From Dicyema japonicum (taxonomy: Eukaryota > Animalia > Dicyemida): a stretch of DNA of 64,000 nucleotides. The translations under genes and the position numbers were made by a program. Every line of letters begins with the position of its first letter. Position 1 is the first letter of the stretch. Below are positions 40,861 through 52,545 of the stretch, piece after piece. The stretch spans positions 306,230-370,229 of the forward strand of contig RDEW01000032.1 in assembly GCA_011109175.1 (NCBI GenBank), written 5' to 3'. A model generated the notes under the pieces. It was given only the letters and a program-made list of their open reading frames with translations, made no database searches and had not been told where the DNA came from.

Positions 40861-42656
40861 AATAGAGGTGTCGTTACCTCCTCAACCAGTTCTCTTTATA
40901 TTCTCTTATTTTTAACAACTACCATCAAATAGCTGCATGCTTTGTCATTTAAATTATTTAAAATAAATTTATTTTTTAATATATTTTAATTAAAAAAATC
41001 GCACATTGAATTTTCTTTGAAATCAAGTAATGATTGAGGATTTCATAGCCGCCGAATTTCATGGAATGATGATTTAGTCAGATCTAGGACAAATGTTTTG
41101 AAGATCTACGATTGCCAAAAAAGAGCCTTCAAAATCACGGAACGCTGGATTTCTGGAAAGTTCCAGCCATCAATGCCTCTTGAAACCATGATCCGAATGA
41201 ACCATGGAACGTGGTCTCGTGACTGCGAAGATGTAGTCACTCGACCGATAGGTGCTTGAGTGGAGTCGAAGAAGGAGCATCGGGCCAAGATGAGGTCCCT
41301 GTAACAGCGTGATAGGATCACGTGATTAATTATTTCATGTAACCGTTGTCTCTGATGTTTTTTTATTTATTTAAGCACCCAAATACCACTGTTAAAAATC
41401 GAAACTAACTAGCACGTGATCTCGATATGTTCGAATAAAGTCCTCATCTTTGCCCGATGTTCCTCTCGATCCCACACATGTACGTATCGAGGGACTGTTT
41501 GCAGAGGTGCTTTGAGTCATCCCGGAATCTATCCGCATGAGGACTTCCAGAGGAGTCGGTCCGATCCATGTTCCCCACGAGTCTATCGCTCCGGTGTTAA
41601 TATTGTCATTAGGCTATACCTTTATTTTGTTAAGTTGAGTTTATCGATTACATTACAGAAGGTCATCAAGAAAATTATAGAAGACGAGTGTTTCCTTCAT
41701 CAAGAAAACTATAAAGTACACAGGGTTCACGACTATAAGACTTTATCGAGAAAACTATGAAAGACGGGGGTTTGTGATATGTCATTATCAAGAAAACATC
41801 TAAAGATGTAGGTTCCACTCATATCCTGTAAGAAAGAATACCAAGAAATCAAATTTGATGAGAGCGATGACATATTTCAATTTGTTCAACTTATTCTTTA
41901 CTAACCAGACTACACATGGAGATGAAAATTAATTTACTGAGTTGAAATCGTCCCCTCTTCATGATCTGGAGATCTAGTCTGCCATCACAGAAATGTAATT
42001 GCACCTGGAACATCTACAAGATTGGTTAAAGGACAACTGATTATCAAAAAACCTAAGACCTCACTTTTCACCTCGAACATGAGTCTAGAAGAAAAATAAT
42101 CAATCTCACATACAATATCAAAATCTTTTTTTATGAATTTCAAAAAACCTTAGAATATTCTCATATGGAGATGAATCTACTAAAAAGTCTCAAACAGTAC
42201 ATCTACCCATCACACAAGTGCCTTATAGAAAGACGCTGAGAGGACGGCTATAACGGAAAGGGAGTGCAGAATGACAGAAGAGTGGATTTCTGGAAAGATA
42301 CAAAAATAATCTTAAAGCATCAGCATTCACATGACAAATCGATGAGTGTTCTTCAAATTTCTTTCATTCGCCACAGACTGCATCTGGGTAGTCAGAATAT
42401 GTAAAAAACAAAAAGCGTGAAGCAGTGTATAAGCTGACACATGTCCCAAATGAGAGATCTTCCATGTGAAAATGCGAAAATGTAATCACGACTCAGAGAC
42501 CCCTGTGAACGGAAATGGTTCTCATAACACATTGTAGTCGTAGTGGAAATGGTCACTGTCTCTATGCCACTGCCACCTGATTGCAAACTGTGAACTTAAA
42601 CGAAAAGGTAGAAATCCCGAAAGTAAACAATAAATGTTAGTAAAATTAATGATTAA

Positions 42657-44108
42657 CTAATAAAAGTAGTTCCTCCAGGTCAGAGTCTCCTCAAGTAACT
42701 CTTCCTCCGTCATTTCGTGGTTCTCCACGTTGTTACCATTTTGAAGCTAAATAAGTTTAATAATAAACGTTAGAAGCCTTCATCTGAAGAGTCGCCATTT
42801 GCGGGAGCATCCACCCGCTATAAAGTCAGGACAAAAGACCAACCAAAGTACCATTACCTCTATTCTGAACTCTCATTGACATAGAACTCCCTTTAAATCG
42901 CTCCTCCAGCACGTGGCCAACTTTTTGAACACAATAATTGAGATCCACCAGTTCGTCAAAGCTCAGATCTCCATATTTCACCACATTCTCTTCGCAACGG
43001 ACAAACGAAGACGTCTTATATACAAATACTGTACTAACGCCCAGGAGAGCAGGTCTAGGATTCACGAAAGCGACGGAAAACTGAGTGACCAGAAATACTT
43101 TATTTGATGTGACAGAAAGGTCCCCCGACTCGAAGACAAAGTCAGAGTCAATTTCCCTTTGATTACTCAAATTCCTACTTCGGAGACCAGCAAATGGAAT
43201 TGGGGTAAAAATTGGACAAGCGATGAGTTGTGAAACAAGGCATTCGATCTCTCCACCTTTTTGATTAGCGCGTGGTCTATATCCGCCACAATAAAGCCCA
43301 CCTCCTCTCGCAACGGGTCACTACCTCACCCCATGGATCCACAATCTAGTTTCCCCAATTCTAAACCATGGGTTTCGAATGACCTCATTGTATCGTTGTG
43401 CCAAGCCAGTCTGGCCAAACTGCCACCACATAACTCTGAGTTTCCACAGCTCTGGTCTTCACCATGCTCTAAGATTCACTCCCTCGTATACCTCCCAATG
43501 AACTCTCCCGTCTCGTACGTGAACGCAGCTGAGTAGACAATAATGTCGGCCCCCATTTTTTCTTAACATCAAAGCAAACTCGGCAAATCGTAGATCATAG
43601 CACTTTAATATATTTACCGATTTCTACTATTTGGAGACCCACGTTTCCCGCTGGAGGTCTTTACTGGGGGAGTCAAAGTAACCCCAGGATCAATGTCGGC
43701 ACTCTCTTTGGTAAACACGACGAGGTCGAACATGTTAATTTTGTTATAAGTCGCGACAATTTTTCCACTACAGTTGATTACCACGTATTTGTTGCGTAAT
43801 TTATCGGAGACTTGACCCCCCGAGTAGAATTTTGTTTGGTAGCCACCCAGGAAGAGCCACATGTTTGTGTCACGTGCCAGAGCTTGCATTCGTTGTACTA
43901 CACTGCCAGTGATAAAATCAGCCAGTTTGAATTGTTGATCATGAGTGGAACGTATAAAATCAAATGCTTCAGGCAAGAAAGCCATTTTTGCTCCTGTTTT
44001 TTCAGCCTCTTTGACAAGTGATGTTATCATGGACATATTTTGTTCTACATTGTCTGTGCATTGTAGCTGAATTGCTGCAATTCTAGTGGCGCATTGAACT
44101 TGGCTCAT
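42657..44108 (-). CDS. NitFhit: NitFhit fusion (Nit1 nitrilase-like amidase plus Fhit domain); multiple indels, possibly a pseudogene
   Basis: Nit1 motifs FLPEAFDF, YNK, CYDLRF, HWE, RAVETQSYVV and VDPWGEV. A 22-nt intron at 43157-43178 joins in frame to Fhit motifs VAFVNPRP..GHVFVCPL, DL..DEL.DL...QKVG.VLE..F.G and the C-terminal EEE..E...WRNYF. Confidence 0.85.
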
Positions 44109-45949
44109 TATTTTTCTATAAACATTTTATTAAAAAAATTAAAAATTAATAATAAAAAAATAGAATTAAAAATAACAAAAATCAAATATTAATTGCACTT
44201 AAATTTTTTATTGCTAGAAAAATTAAATTTAATTGACAAGCAAAATGCACGTTTTTTATTCAAATATTTTCTGTTGTTAAAGGAAATTATTAGTTGAGAG
44301 AGTAATAAAATGATACACTTACCCATTAATGGGCGCGGCTGTTGATACGCCCATTTACCACAGAAATATATGATATGATATAGCACGATTATTTACACTA
44401 ACAAAATCAATCAGTAGATTAGTAATTGATGGTAATTTCCACTCAATTTGCTGAAATTGCGTCGAATCAGCATTCTACTTGAATTGCGTATTCTTTCTTT
44501 AAGTTTCGGCTCTTGTTGAAACTGATTTCCGTGAGTACTTGTGAGCGTAAGAATGAGTGGGAGAAACAATCGATACAAGTGACGCACAAAGCTAAGTTTT
44601 CCTCTCTCATCTATCGAAAAGTCATTTCGTCAGGCCTTTGGTTCGTGCAGTCAAGTTCAAGGGTTCAGTTGTAATATATTTAAGACTTCGAGTCTTATGA
44701 ATACTTTGTTTATTACCTCGTTTTTTGTGGTAGAAACACAGTGCGATTCTCCCGCAATATGTTAGTTGGATATTGGGGAATTGATCATATGCTGATCCCT
44801 TAGATTAGTAAATCTAAAGGTGTTGTGACGTAGTCTACGAAAGCTACGGTGATGGGTGCAGAGTAACCTTCCTGTCAAACGGGTAAACGAAAAAAACGTA
44901 TCACATACATCTTGTGGTGTTACAGATATTATAAAATACCGACCGTGCTCTCAGAGAACCAACTTTCACGATGAGTTCTGGTAGTCTAGGGAAGCAAAGA
45001 GATCTCTAACTTTTCTTCCATCTAGAGTAGACTGTATCAATTCCGTAGATATGATTCCGATAGCTCTAGAAAAAATTGATTCCGAAGTGCTGTTCTCAGG
45101 AGGTTAGAGTCTCAGTATTTCTTGTCTTCAAGTTATCCAGGTTTATTTGTTGGAGGTTGAATTAAACTTTCCGAAGGAGATAACAGGATCAGTTAACCTG
45201 GTAGCTAGCCCTTGAAAGTTGAGGTGTCACGGATCAAAGTCTTTTTGCATTGGATACACTGGAAACCCCAAGTTCTTAAATAAGGAATCATCTAAACTCT
45301 AAAATTCTGCCAAAATTAATAATCCGATTTTGAGAGATAATTTTAAATTGGCGGAGACGTAAACGCTGCTGTAAGGACTTGTCCAATCCACACGTGAGAT
45401 AGTCACCAAAGCTTTACTATGTTAACAATGGAGATACACATTACTACCTACCTGGACTAATGATTCCCTTTCCACTCTTTGCCTGGACAATTTTGAGAGA
45501 CGTCATGTGAAGCACCCGATGCATGGTGGCATCCAAAAAATCTATTTCTTCACTACAGAATTGTAAGGGTTCCCAAAATAACAGATGTGGATGCTTAGAA
45601 AGGATTAAATATTAATTAGACTGAGAATGGGATATCCCGTAATCCACCTCTTATGTCAGAAGGGAAACGAGAGGCTAAATGAACTTTTAAATACCAGTAA
45701 AAGAACGAAAGGTTTATTGGTATATTTCTTAATAAGAGGAAACTTGGATAGAATTGTCATTACAGCGCGAAAATAGAGCAAATAATTCTAACAAAATTAT
45801 AGACTCCGCTGGGAACTACATGAGTGAATGAATCAATTTGAACTCATTTAGAAAAAATCTTAAGATGTAGCAGAAATTATAATTTATTTAACCCCCAATA
45901 CTTAAAAAAGGAAGTTATCACACTAATTGAGTGATCTCGATAACCTCCT

Positions 45950-46170
45950 TAGTTAAATGCACACCTAGTTACATAAGCATGAATACTTAGGGTTCCGCTT
46001 GTGCCGTTCTCTTCACTATCTGTTCTACCAGTTTGCTCATTGTAACTTTCCTCTTCCAATGTCTTCGCAGTTCATCGAGGAATCCATGTATAAGGTCTCT
46101 GTTTAGTGTTCCTCTGACGTTGAAAGTTACAATTATAAACGAGGTAGAATAGACAGACTCAACCAACATA
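45950..46170 (-). mobile_element. Short RTE derivative (paralogue at about 57410-57625 -)
   Basis: IVTFNVRG (APE N-terminus) lies about 20 codons before the RTE C-terminal LVEQIVKRTAQ. The two copies align in DNA. Confidence 0.7.
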
Positions 46171-46265
46171 CTAGTTTTAAAAGCATCAAATTTTTGAATT
46201 ATTTACAAACTTTAATAATTTATTTTTTAATTTATAAAAAATAAACAACAAATAAATTTATTTAA

Positions 46266-48050
46266 ATGTTATATCGACTTGGTCGGTTGTTGTCGCGTAC
46301 AAACCACTCTCTCCTTCTAAGCCCATACATAGGACTAATTACCGGCTCACTCACTGCGGCAGGAATGGCAGCCACCACAATAACATACATTAACCCAACT
46401 CTCCACGAGTGAGTCTATTATTTAACCATAGTTACGTCTCCAATAAGTTAACTAGAAATACCCAACAGTTACAAGACATGTGCGAGACCCCAAACTATGA
46501 AACTCCAAAAATTGTAGATGAAACGCCACAAGACATCAAAATATTAACACGTGCTGAAAAAATAGAACAGCTGGAGGAACGTGTACATGAGTGCTCCCAG
46601 ATGTGTGTTGATAGTAGCAGAAAAGCCTTGGATGAAATGTCAGAATATTCCCAGAATCTCAGTAAGATATTATCAGAGGTATTCAAGTCGTAAACATGAC
46701 AGTACGGTAATATAGAGGGACTAATTGACAATATTTCAAAACTGAATGAATGTAACACAACGGTCGAATCAGAAATCCAACAAGCAAAGTATTTATTTAA
46801 AATTTTAAATATCGTTTAATTTTAAAATAGATATTTTAATTTAAAATTAGAAAGATTATCGATACTATTTACAAAGAAGCATCTGAACTGATAGCCGATA
46901 ATTACCGTCAGACCAGGAAAATACGCCAAATTAAATCCAATCTGAGAAGATGCGAAAACAACGTGGAAAATATAAACAAATTAGTAGCAATTGTTGCTCA
47001 CATAAGCTTAGGACTGCTGATTCGAAGTACAATGAGGACCGGCAGTTGGTTAAGGAAATTATTGAATATGCTAACACCCTAATTGGGGATATTGAGGCAC
47101 TCAGCGAGGATGAACTAATGGTGTACCTCCATAGGAGAGTTGTGGAAAATAATGATGAGAAGGAGAGGCTGAAAGAACGTGAAGAACTGATACTGGCATC
47201 GATGATGGATGACCTGAAAAGGAAGATGGATGAGGATACTGAAAGGATTGTAAAGAAGACTTACGACTCTCTGGAGAAGCGACTGGCATCAGCTGAGAGC
47301 ACAGCTGTATACCACGTTTGATTATCTCATAGAAGAGTGATTTGAGGAACAGAATTGAGAATGAGATCGTAATGGCTGAGGCTAAGTATTCGAAACAGCG
47401 GATTATTGAGGACAGGGAGGTCCTGGAAGCCCAGAGAATGGAGTACGCTAGGCAAATAGGATTTGAGGACAGGCATAGCAGTATTGAGGACATGGCGGAG
47501 TTCAATGTTAATGCCAGGAAGTGGAATAAATCCTTTGAATTGGTTACCGAGGATATATTTGATCTGTCGGTTGACCCACGTGCTGTGGAGTTGTGGGAAA
47601 AGTGCAACATTGTGTCTGATTTAATGAATAGAAAGGATTATGTAAGCCGAGAAGAGATTAGTGAGGTACATTGAGTGAGGTTACTTAGTTGATCTCTGAG
47701 TTGTTTGACTGCGCATACAAGACTGAGTTTGGAAGGTCTCTGATTAACTGTTTTGATGATCCCCGAATACATTTTGAGGATGTATGTCCACGTGGGATGA
47801 TGAGGTTTGGTTGTTCTATTTTACTAGAAAACCTATGTCAGTGGGCATACTTAGATTTTTGCAGTCCCTGATGACTTTTGATTGTTCTTCCGTGACTGAG
47901 GACAGTTCTGAGAAAGCTTTGAGGAATGGGAGAATGAGTGATGCCCGGAGACTGATGGATAGTCCCGATAGTCGTCGCCCTGTCAAATATTTGGAGCTAA
48001 GGCAGCTCGTTGATGTCCTTAGAAAGATGTCGATTATGTCGGCTAGTTAA
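46266..48050 (+). CDS. IMMT: MICOS subunit MIC60/mitofilin, about 526 aa, 7 introns, intact frame
   Basis: Presequence plus hydrophobic segment (MLYRLGRLLSR..GLITGSLTAAGMAATTITY), long coiled coil, and C-terminal FLQSLMTF..SRRPV..LELRQLVDVL resembling the mitofilin domain. Introns 23, 24, 62, 23, 26, 23, 23 nt leave 1581 nt = 527 codons. Confidence 0.75.
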
Positions 48051-49084
48051 GGTGACTATTTGTTATACTAATTGATGACATTCACTTAATGAGTCGGTCT
48101 GATATGTTTTCCTATGCATTTTCGTTAATAGCCTTTTATTGGCCTCTTGTACAGTTGTTTTACCGTCATGACTTTTGGGGGGTTGACTCAGTTCCTTGTA
48201 TATGTGGTTATTTCCAACCACTTTTAGTGTTTTGAGTTCTCCCTGAAAGTAGCATCAACCTCAGCCTATAATGAATAACAGGACTTAGTGTTTTATTTTC
48301 AATTCGTTTGGGAGATCGACCTTTTTCCCGCCGACACAGTCGTAAAACTTCTTGGTGAGTAATTTCAACCTCTCTGATGGCTATGTCACCGATAACTTTC
48401 AGATACCACTTTATCTGTCTTATTGTGCTGTAAAGCAACTAAAGATTTTAGAATATCTGTATGAATATCACCATTTCTGTCTGTAGACCGGCGGTTCAAG
48501 CCCTCTTGAACGAGTGTCTTTAAACAAGCCCCATTAAGGACGTATCTGGATGTTATCCCTTTGTAGCCAAAATAGACAGGCAATTGGCGAATATGAAATA
48601 TTCGAAAAACAATAAGGAAAATTGAATATTCGAGTTAGATTCTCACCTGAGTGATCTCGCATTCTGAACTTAGTGAAAAAGAGTTTCTAACAGAGGAATC
48701 TATGTAAGAATGATCCACTAACAGAAGCCACGTGAAGATCACTAAAAATGGTTTCTTTTGAATTTTACCTTTTCTGAGCAAGTTTACGTTACTTTTAAGT
48801 GTTACGATAATTAGAAAATGTCTAACAAATGATTGTCACGTCTAAATGAGACATTATCATGAATATTCTGGAATTAATAACTAATAATTCCCTCTTCGAG
48901 GCTATATTTCTTGGTGGATTGGACCTGAACACACAAATGGTACATCAAAGTCGCAACGAAGGATTTGTTTCAAAATCCCCTTTTTAACTCGAACCTATTA
49001 ATTTTTATGAATACTTTTTTACTCACATTAAATCATTATTCTCCACTTTACACTATGTCCGGGTCCGTATTATAACGAGGCCTG

Positions 49085-49350
49085 TTTTCCCCTAGTTCGA
49101 ATCTCACTCATGTATTTCACGACTAAATGTTCCACGTATATACGATGCTTTGGCTTGACGAGTGACACCGTCATCAATGAACATCTGACTACGGCACCGG
49201 ATCATCTTCAAAAAGACTCACACCCAACAAAAAGAAAAAACGAAGTGATTATTATTCCTTGATTCTCCCCTTCTATACTTAATAAAGTGAGTTTGCTGCC
49301 TAGGAGGAGCTACTTCTAATATGGCTCTTCATAAAGTGCAGTGTTATTAC
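49085..49350 (+). mobile_element. tRNA-derived SINE family D (also 59575-59892 and a 3-prime part at 40090-40218)
   Basis: B-box gttcgaatc, body gcttgacgagtgac.ccgtcatca, and 3-prime aataaagtg.g..ctgcct..tatggctc..aaa.g ending in (tat)n. Confidence 0.8.
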
Positions 49351-49587
49351 GATCATTCGGTAATATTTTTATCTAATAACTTGAATTTTCTTTAATCGGT
49401 TTGATTTTGAATTTAAATTTTTTTCATAGTCGAAAACAAATAATTAGAATTATCTACATATGTGAATTCTCAGTTGGTTCTGAAGTCGAACAATTCTTTG
49501 AATCTCTCATTTTCTCTCGAGTCAGACAAACATTGCTTGAAATATCTAAAAATGTACAAACTCCACAGTTAAGAATGACTTATCTAA

Positions 49588-49665
49588 TAATGTCATTCTT
49601 AACTGTAAAAATATCATTCTCTTCGATAATGTCATTCTAACTGTAAAATATCATTCTCTTCGACA
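49588..49665 (+). repeat. Two-unit tandem repeat, about 39 nt
   Basis: taatgtcattct(t)aactgtaaaa(a)tatcattctcttcga twice; the units differ only by homopolymer indels. Confidence 0.9.
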
Positions 49666-50033
49666 TTCATATTCGATTATATGATCTGCATTTCAGTTTC
49701 GTTTTCTAAGGATATAACTTATTTCGGATCAGAATCTGGACATTTGAGAAACAACCGTTTGTTACTGACAAATGTACAATACCTTTCATTAATTATTGTA
49801 AAAGTATGAATTTTTTTAAGTAGTTTATATTTTCTTTGATTCGCAAGATGATTGCGTGCCGCCATGATTGCGTGACTATTCTTTTCATGTTGACGAGCGA
49901 GATTTGCACATATAGCAAGCAGCGCTAACGAGATCTCTCGTGTGTAGAAATCAGATTCCCTAGACGACCCAGGAATTCCAACGCTGAAGGAACATTGGAA
50001 CCTGACGCACTCTCTTGGAGCTAGATCTTCCAA

Positions 50034-50215
50034 ACATATGTCCTTGAACGAAATTGCTAGACGAGCTTTAAACACTGCAGGACACCCTTCTACGCTCTAA
50101 CCACTCGTCCTTCGCAGACGTGACAAGAAACGACTCGATATGATGACAATATACCTCTCTCCTCTGGAAACCTCTTGTCTGGGACATCATCTTCATCGAC
50201 ACATTCGCCCCTTGA
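50034..50215 (+). mobile_element. Restriction-like endonuclease remnant of a CRE-like non-LTR element
   Basis: HMSLNEIARRALNTAGHPSTL*PLVLRRRDKKRLD..KPLVWDI..DTFAP matches RH..LN..I.RAL..AG.P...EP.GL.R.DGKRPD..WDVT..DT.A. Confidence 0.75.
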
Positions 50216-51020
50216 AACCAACATCAAAAAGCCTTTTTAGTCTGGATTGCCTCTGTAAAGGACGATAGATCAGAAAGAGCAGAACACACGGTCCTACCGA
50301 GGATACTTTATTTGCCTCCCTCAAAATAAACAAAATCTATTGATTTTTTTACAGAAAGTGGATTTTTTATTACAAAAAAATATTGTAAAAAAAGAACTGC
50401 AATGATTCTTAAGGCATCAAGATGGTTTGGTTCGAAGAGAACCGGCAGGACCAATATTAAGATACTATCTGATATCATTCCTGGTTACATACTTAAGGAA
50501 GTACATGATTAGATAACTCCAAAGTCACCTAAAACAAGTGGAAGTCGAAAAATTTAGAAACTACAAGGGTCCGGTCTCAAGTGAAAAGAGGTAGAAATTT
50601 TGATTTCTTATATTTATGTTAAAATGAGATTCAATTTGATAAGTCGAAAAATGTTAACCTCCTTGCTTCAATAAATATGTCGATAGACTCTTTTTGAACA
50701 ATCAATGAGGACTTACATCCAATCAGGTGTTCATCAAAAGAACTCTCGAGGTTATTTCAGTCGAACACAAGCACGTGATGAAGGTTTAATGAAGAGTTCG
50801 CCTCTGCTACCACTCAACTTGTGGAACTGTCATGAACTCTAAGAGATTTTTCGACTGATTCTGATGTGGAGATGGGGAATAAGAGGGAGTTGTTGGCACA
50901 CTCTTCTAAGAAATGAGAGGGACTACCAGGATTAAACTCCACTTAATTAGATAATTTACTCGTTTCACTTTATAGCCACTTTCTTCCCTCTCTCTTATAT
51001 GGATGCGAGTCGTTGATTCT

Positions 51021-51242
51021 TTAATCCAGGGAGAGCTTCCTCTTGATACGGAAAGGCAAGGAGATTGAATATAAGGTTTGCCCTCCGAATACTGTCCTAC
51101 GTGAAGTTACATGAAAACCAGTAGGAAGTACGGGACCCAGTGCGGGAGACATATTCATCATAAATATACCATCATTTCCGATTAAATTCAAGAGGTTTAT
51201 GTCCCCGGAGAGATTCGTTTTTGGAATGATGAATAAATCCAA
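51021..51242 (-). mobile_element. APE endonuclease remnant
   Basis: DLFIIPKTNLS..GNDGIF..GGQTLYSISLPF loosely follows the APE motif layout. Confidence 0.45.
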
Positions 51243-52218
51243 GGACTGTCGTTAAAAGTTGTGATCTAGAAAAAGGCGGTCAGGAGTAGATTCAGGAGTT
51301 AATATATAAAAATGAGAATATTGTACCTCACAGGCTTTAAGTCCAAAATTAACTGAATAATCTTACAAATATAATAGCAATGTCTAAAAGCTACATCAGT
51401 CAGTATGTTTGGCAGTGTGTTCCATTCCCACACCTTTATGCTTTTTCCGTCTTTGATTTATAAGAAGCGTCATATGATTCGCCTGTCTAAAAAGACGCCC
51501 AGCATCCTGCTAGTTTACAAAAAATCTCACTCTGCCATACTCCACTGGAAGAGTTCCAACAATGGCGGATATGGATAGACATAATTTTAGAAAAGACGTG
51601 TTTTACTCTGCCCTCGAAAACTATCATTACTCAGTCAGTTGTGGACTTGCTAGTGTATCGTTACGTCACAAACCTTTGAAGATATGCTAGCATAGCAAAG
51701 AGAAAAAATGTTAACAATAAGTAAGCTTATTGGACAAACACTCCATAGAAATACAAATTGTTGCACAGAATAAGTCTTAATTTAATTTATTAGCCACTGA
51801 TACAGGGAGAAGGAAGTTAATAGTTAACAACTATCAAATGCATCAAATCCACACAATCGCAGAAATGGAGAGACATACATTATCACACACATCCATCCAG
51901 AACCAATAAAAATAGAAAAAGCAAGCGATCTTTCCAGGTTTAGGCACTTATTCAATGAAATCGGAGAGCGTAAACGACCATTTTTCTCCTATCCTGGCAC
52001 TTAAGAGAAGTAAATCACATGATGTTTTCTAGTATAATCAGGGTAGATAAGAAACAGAAAAGGTAAAAGAAATCTTCTAATAGACTCTGGGGATCGACCG
52101 AGCACTATAATAAGGTGAAAAACTAATCACTAAGCCATATGGTTGAGGATATGGAATTAACATAAAAACTGTCAAAAAGGTTACAAAAATAAATTATACT
52201 TGAAAGAAAGACATAATG

Positions 52219-52545
52219 TTATTTTCGTGTTCCAAATGCAGCCTTCTGCCTTTCCAGAACAATGGCATCAGGCGAAGGATCCGAAAAATCGTAGATCTTA
52301 ACAGAACCGGAAGAAGTGAAAACGGATTCAATCTTCTTCAGTAATAACTGATTAAATGGAATGTTTTTCGACATGCACGTTGAATAGAAAATTTGGTTTC
52401 CCTTGCTTGATGTCTTCAGGAAGTCCATAAATGAACTGCATGGGGTTAACTTCAATTGAGCCATCCTTCTGTTTATAGAGTTTCTTGGTTGAAATCCTGT
52501 TGATCGCCGTAAAGGCATGATGGATTTTATTAAATACGACACCAC
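52219..52545 (-). CDS. HBS1L-V3/SKI7-like C-terminal region (5-prime end not found)
   Basis: With a 25-nt intron at 52348-52372 the frame ends ..VKIYDFSDPSPDAIVLERQKAAFGTRK*, resembling the exosome-binding PFDF.SPSPDDIV..Q..AF motif. Confidence 0.5.
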   Translation of the reverse strand: MVSYLIKSIMPLRRSTGFQPRNSINRRMAQLKLTPCSSFMDFLKTSSKGNQIFYSTCMSKNIPFNQLLLKKIESVFTSSGSVKIYDFSDPSPDAIVLERQKAAFGTRK

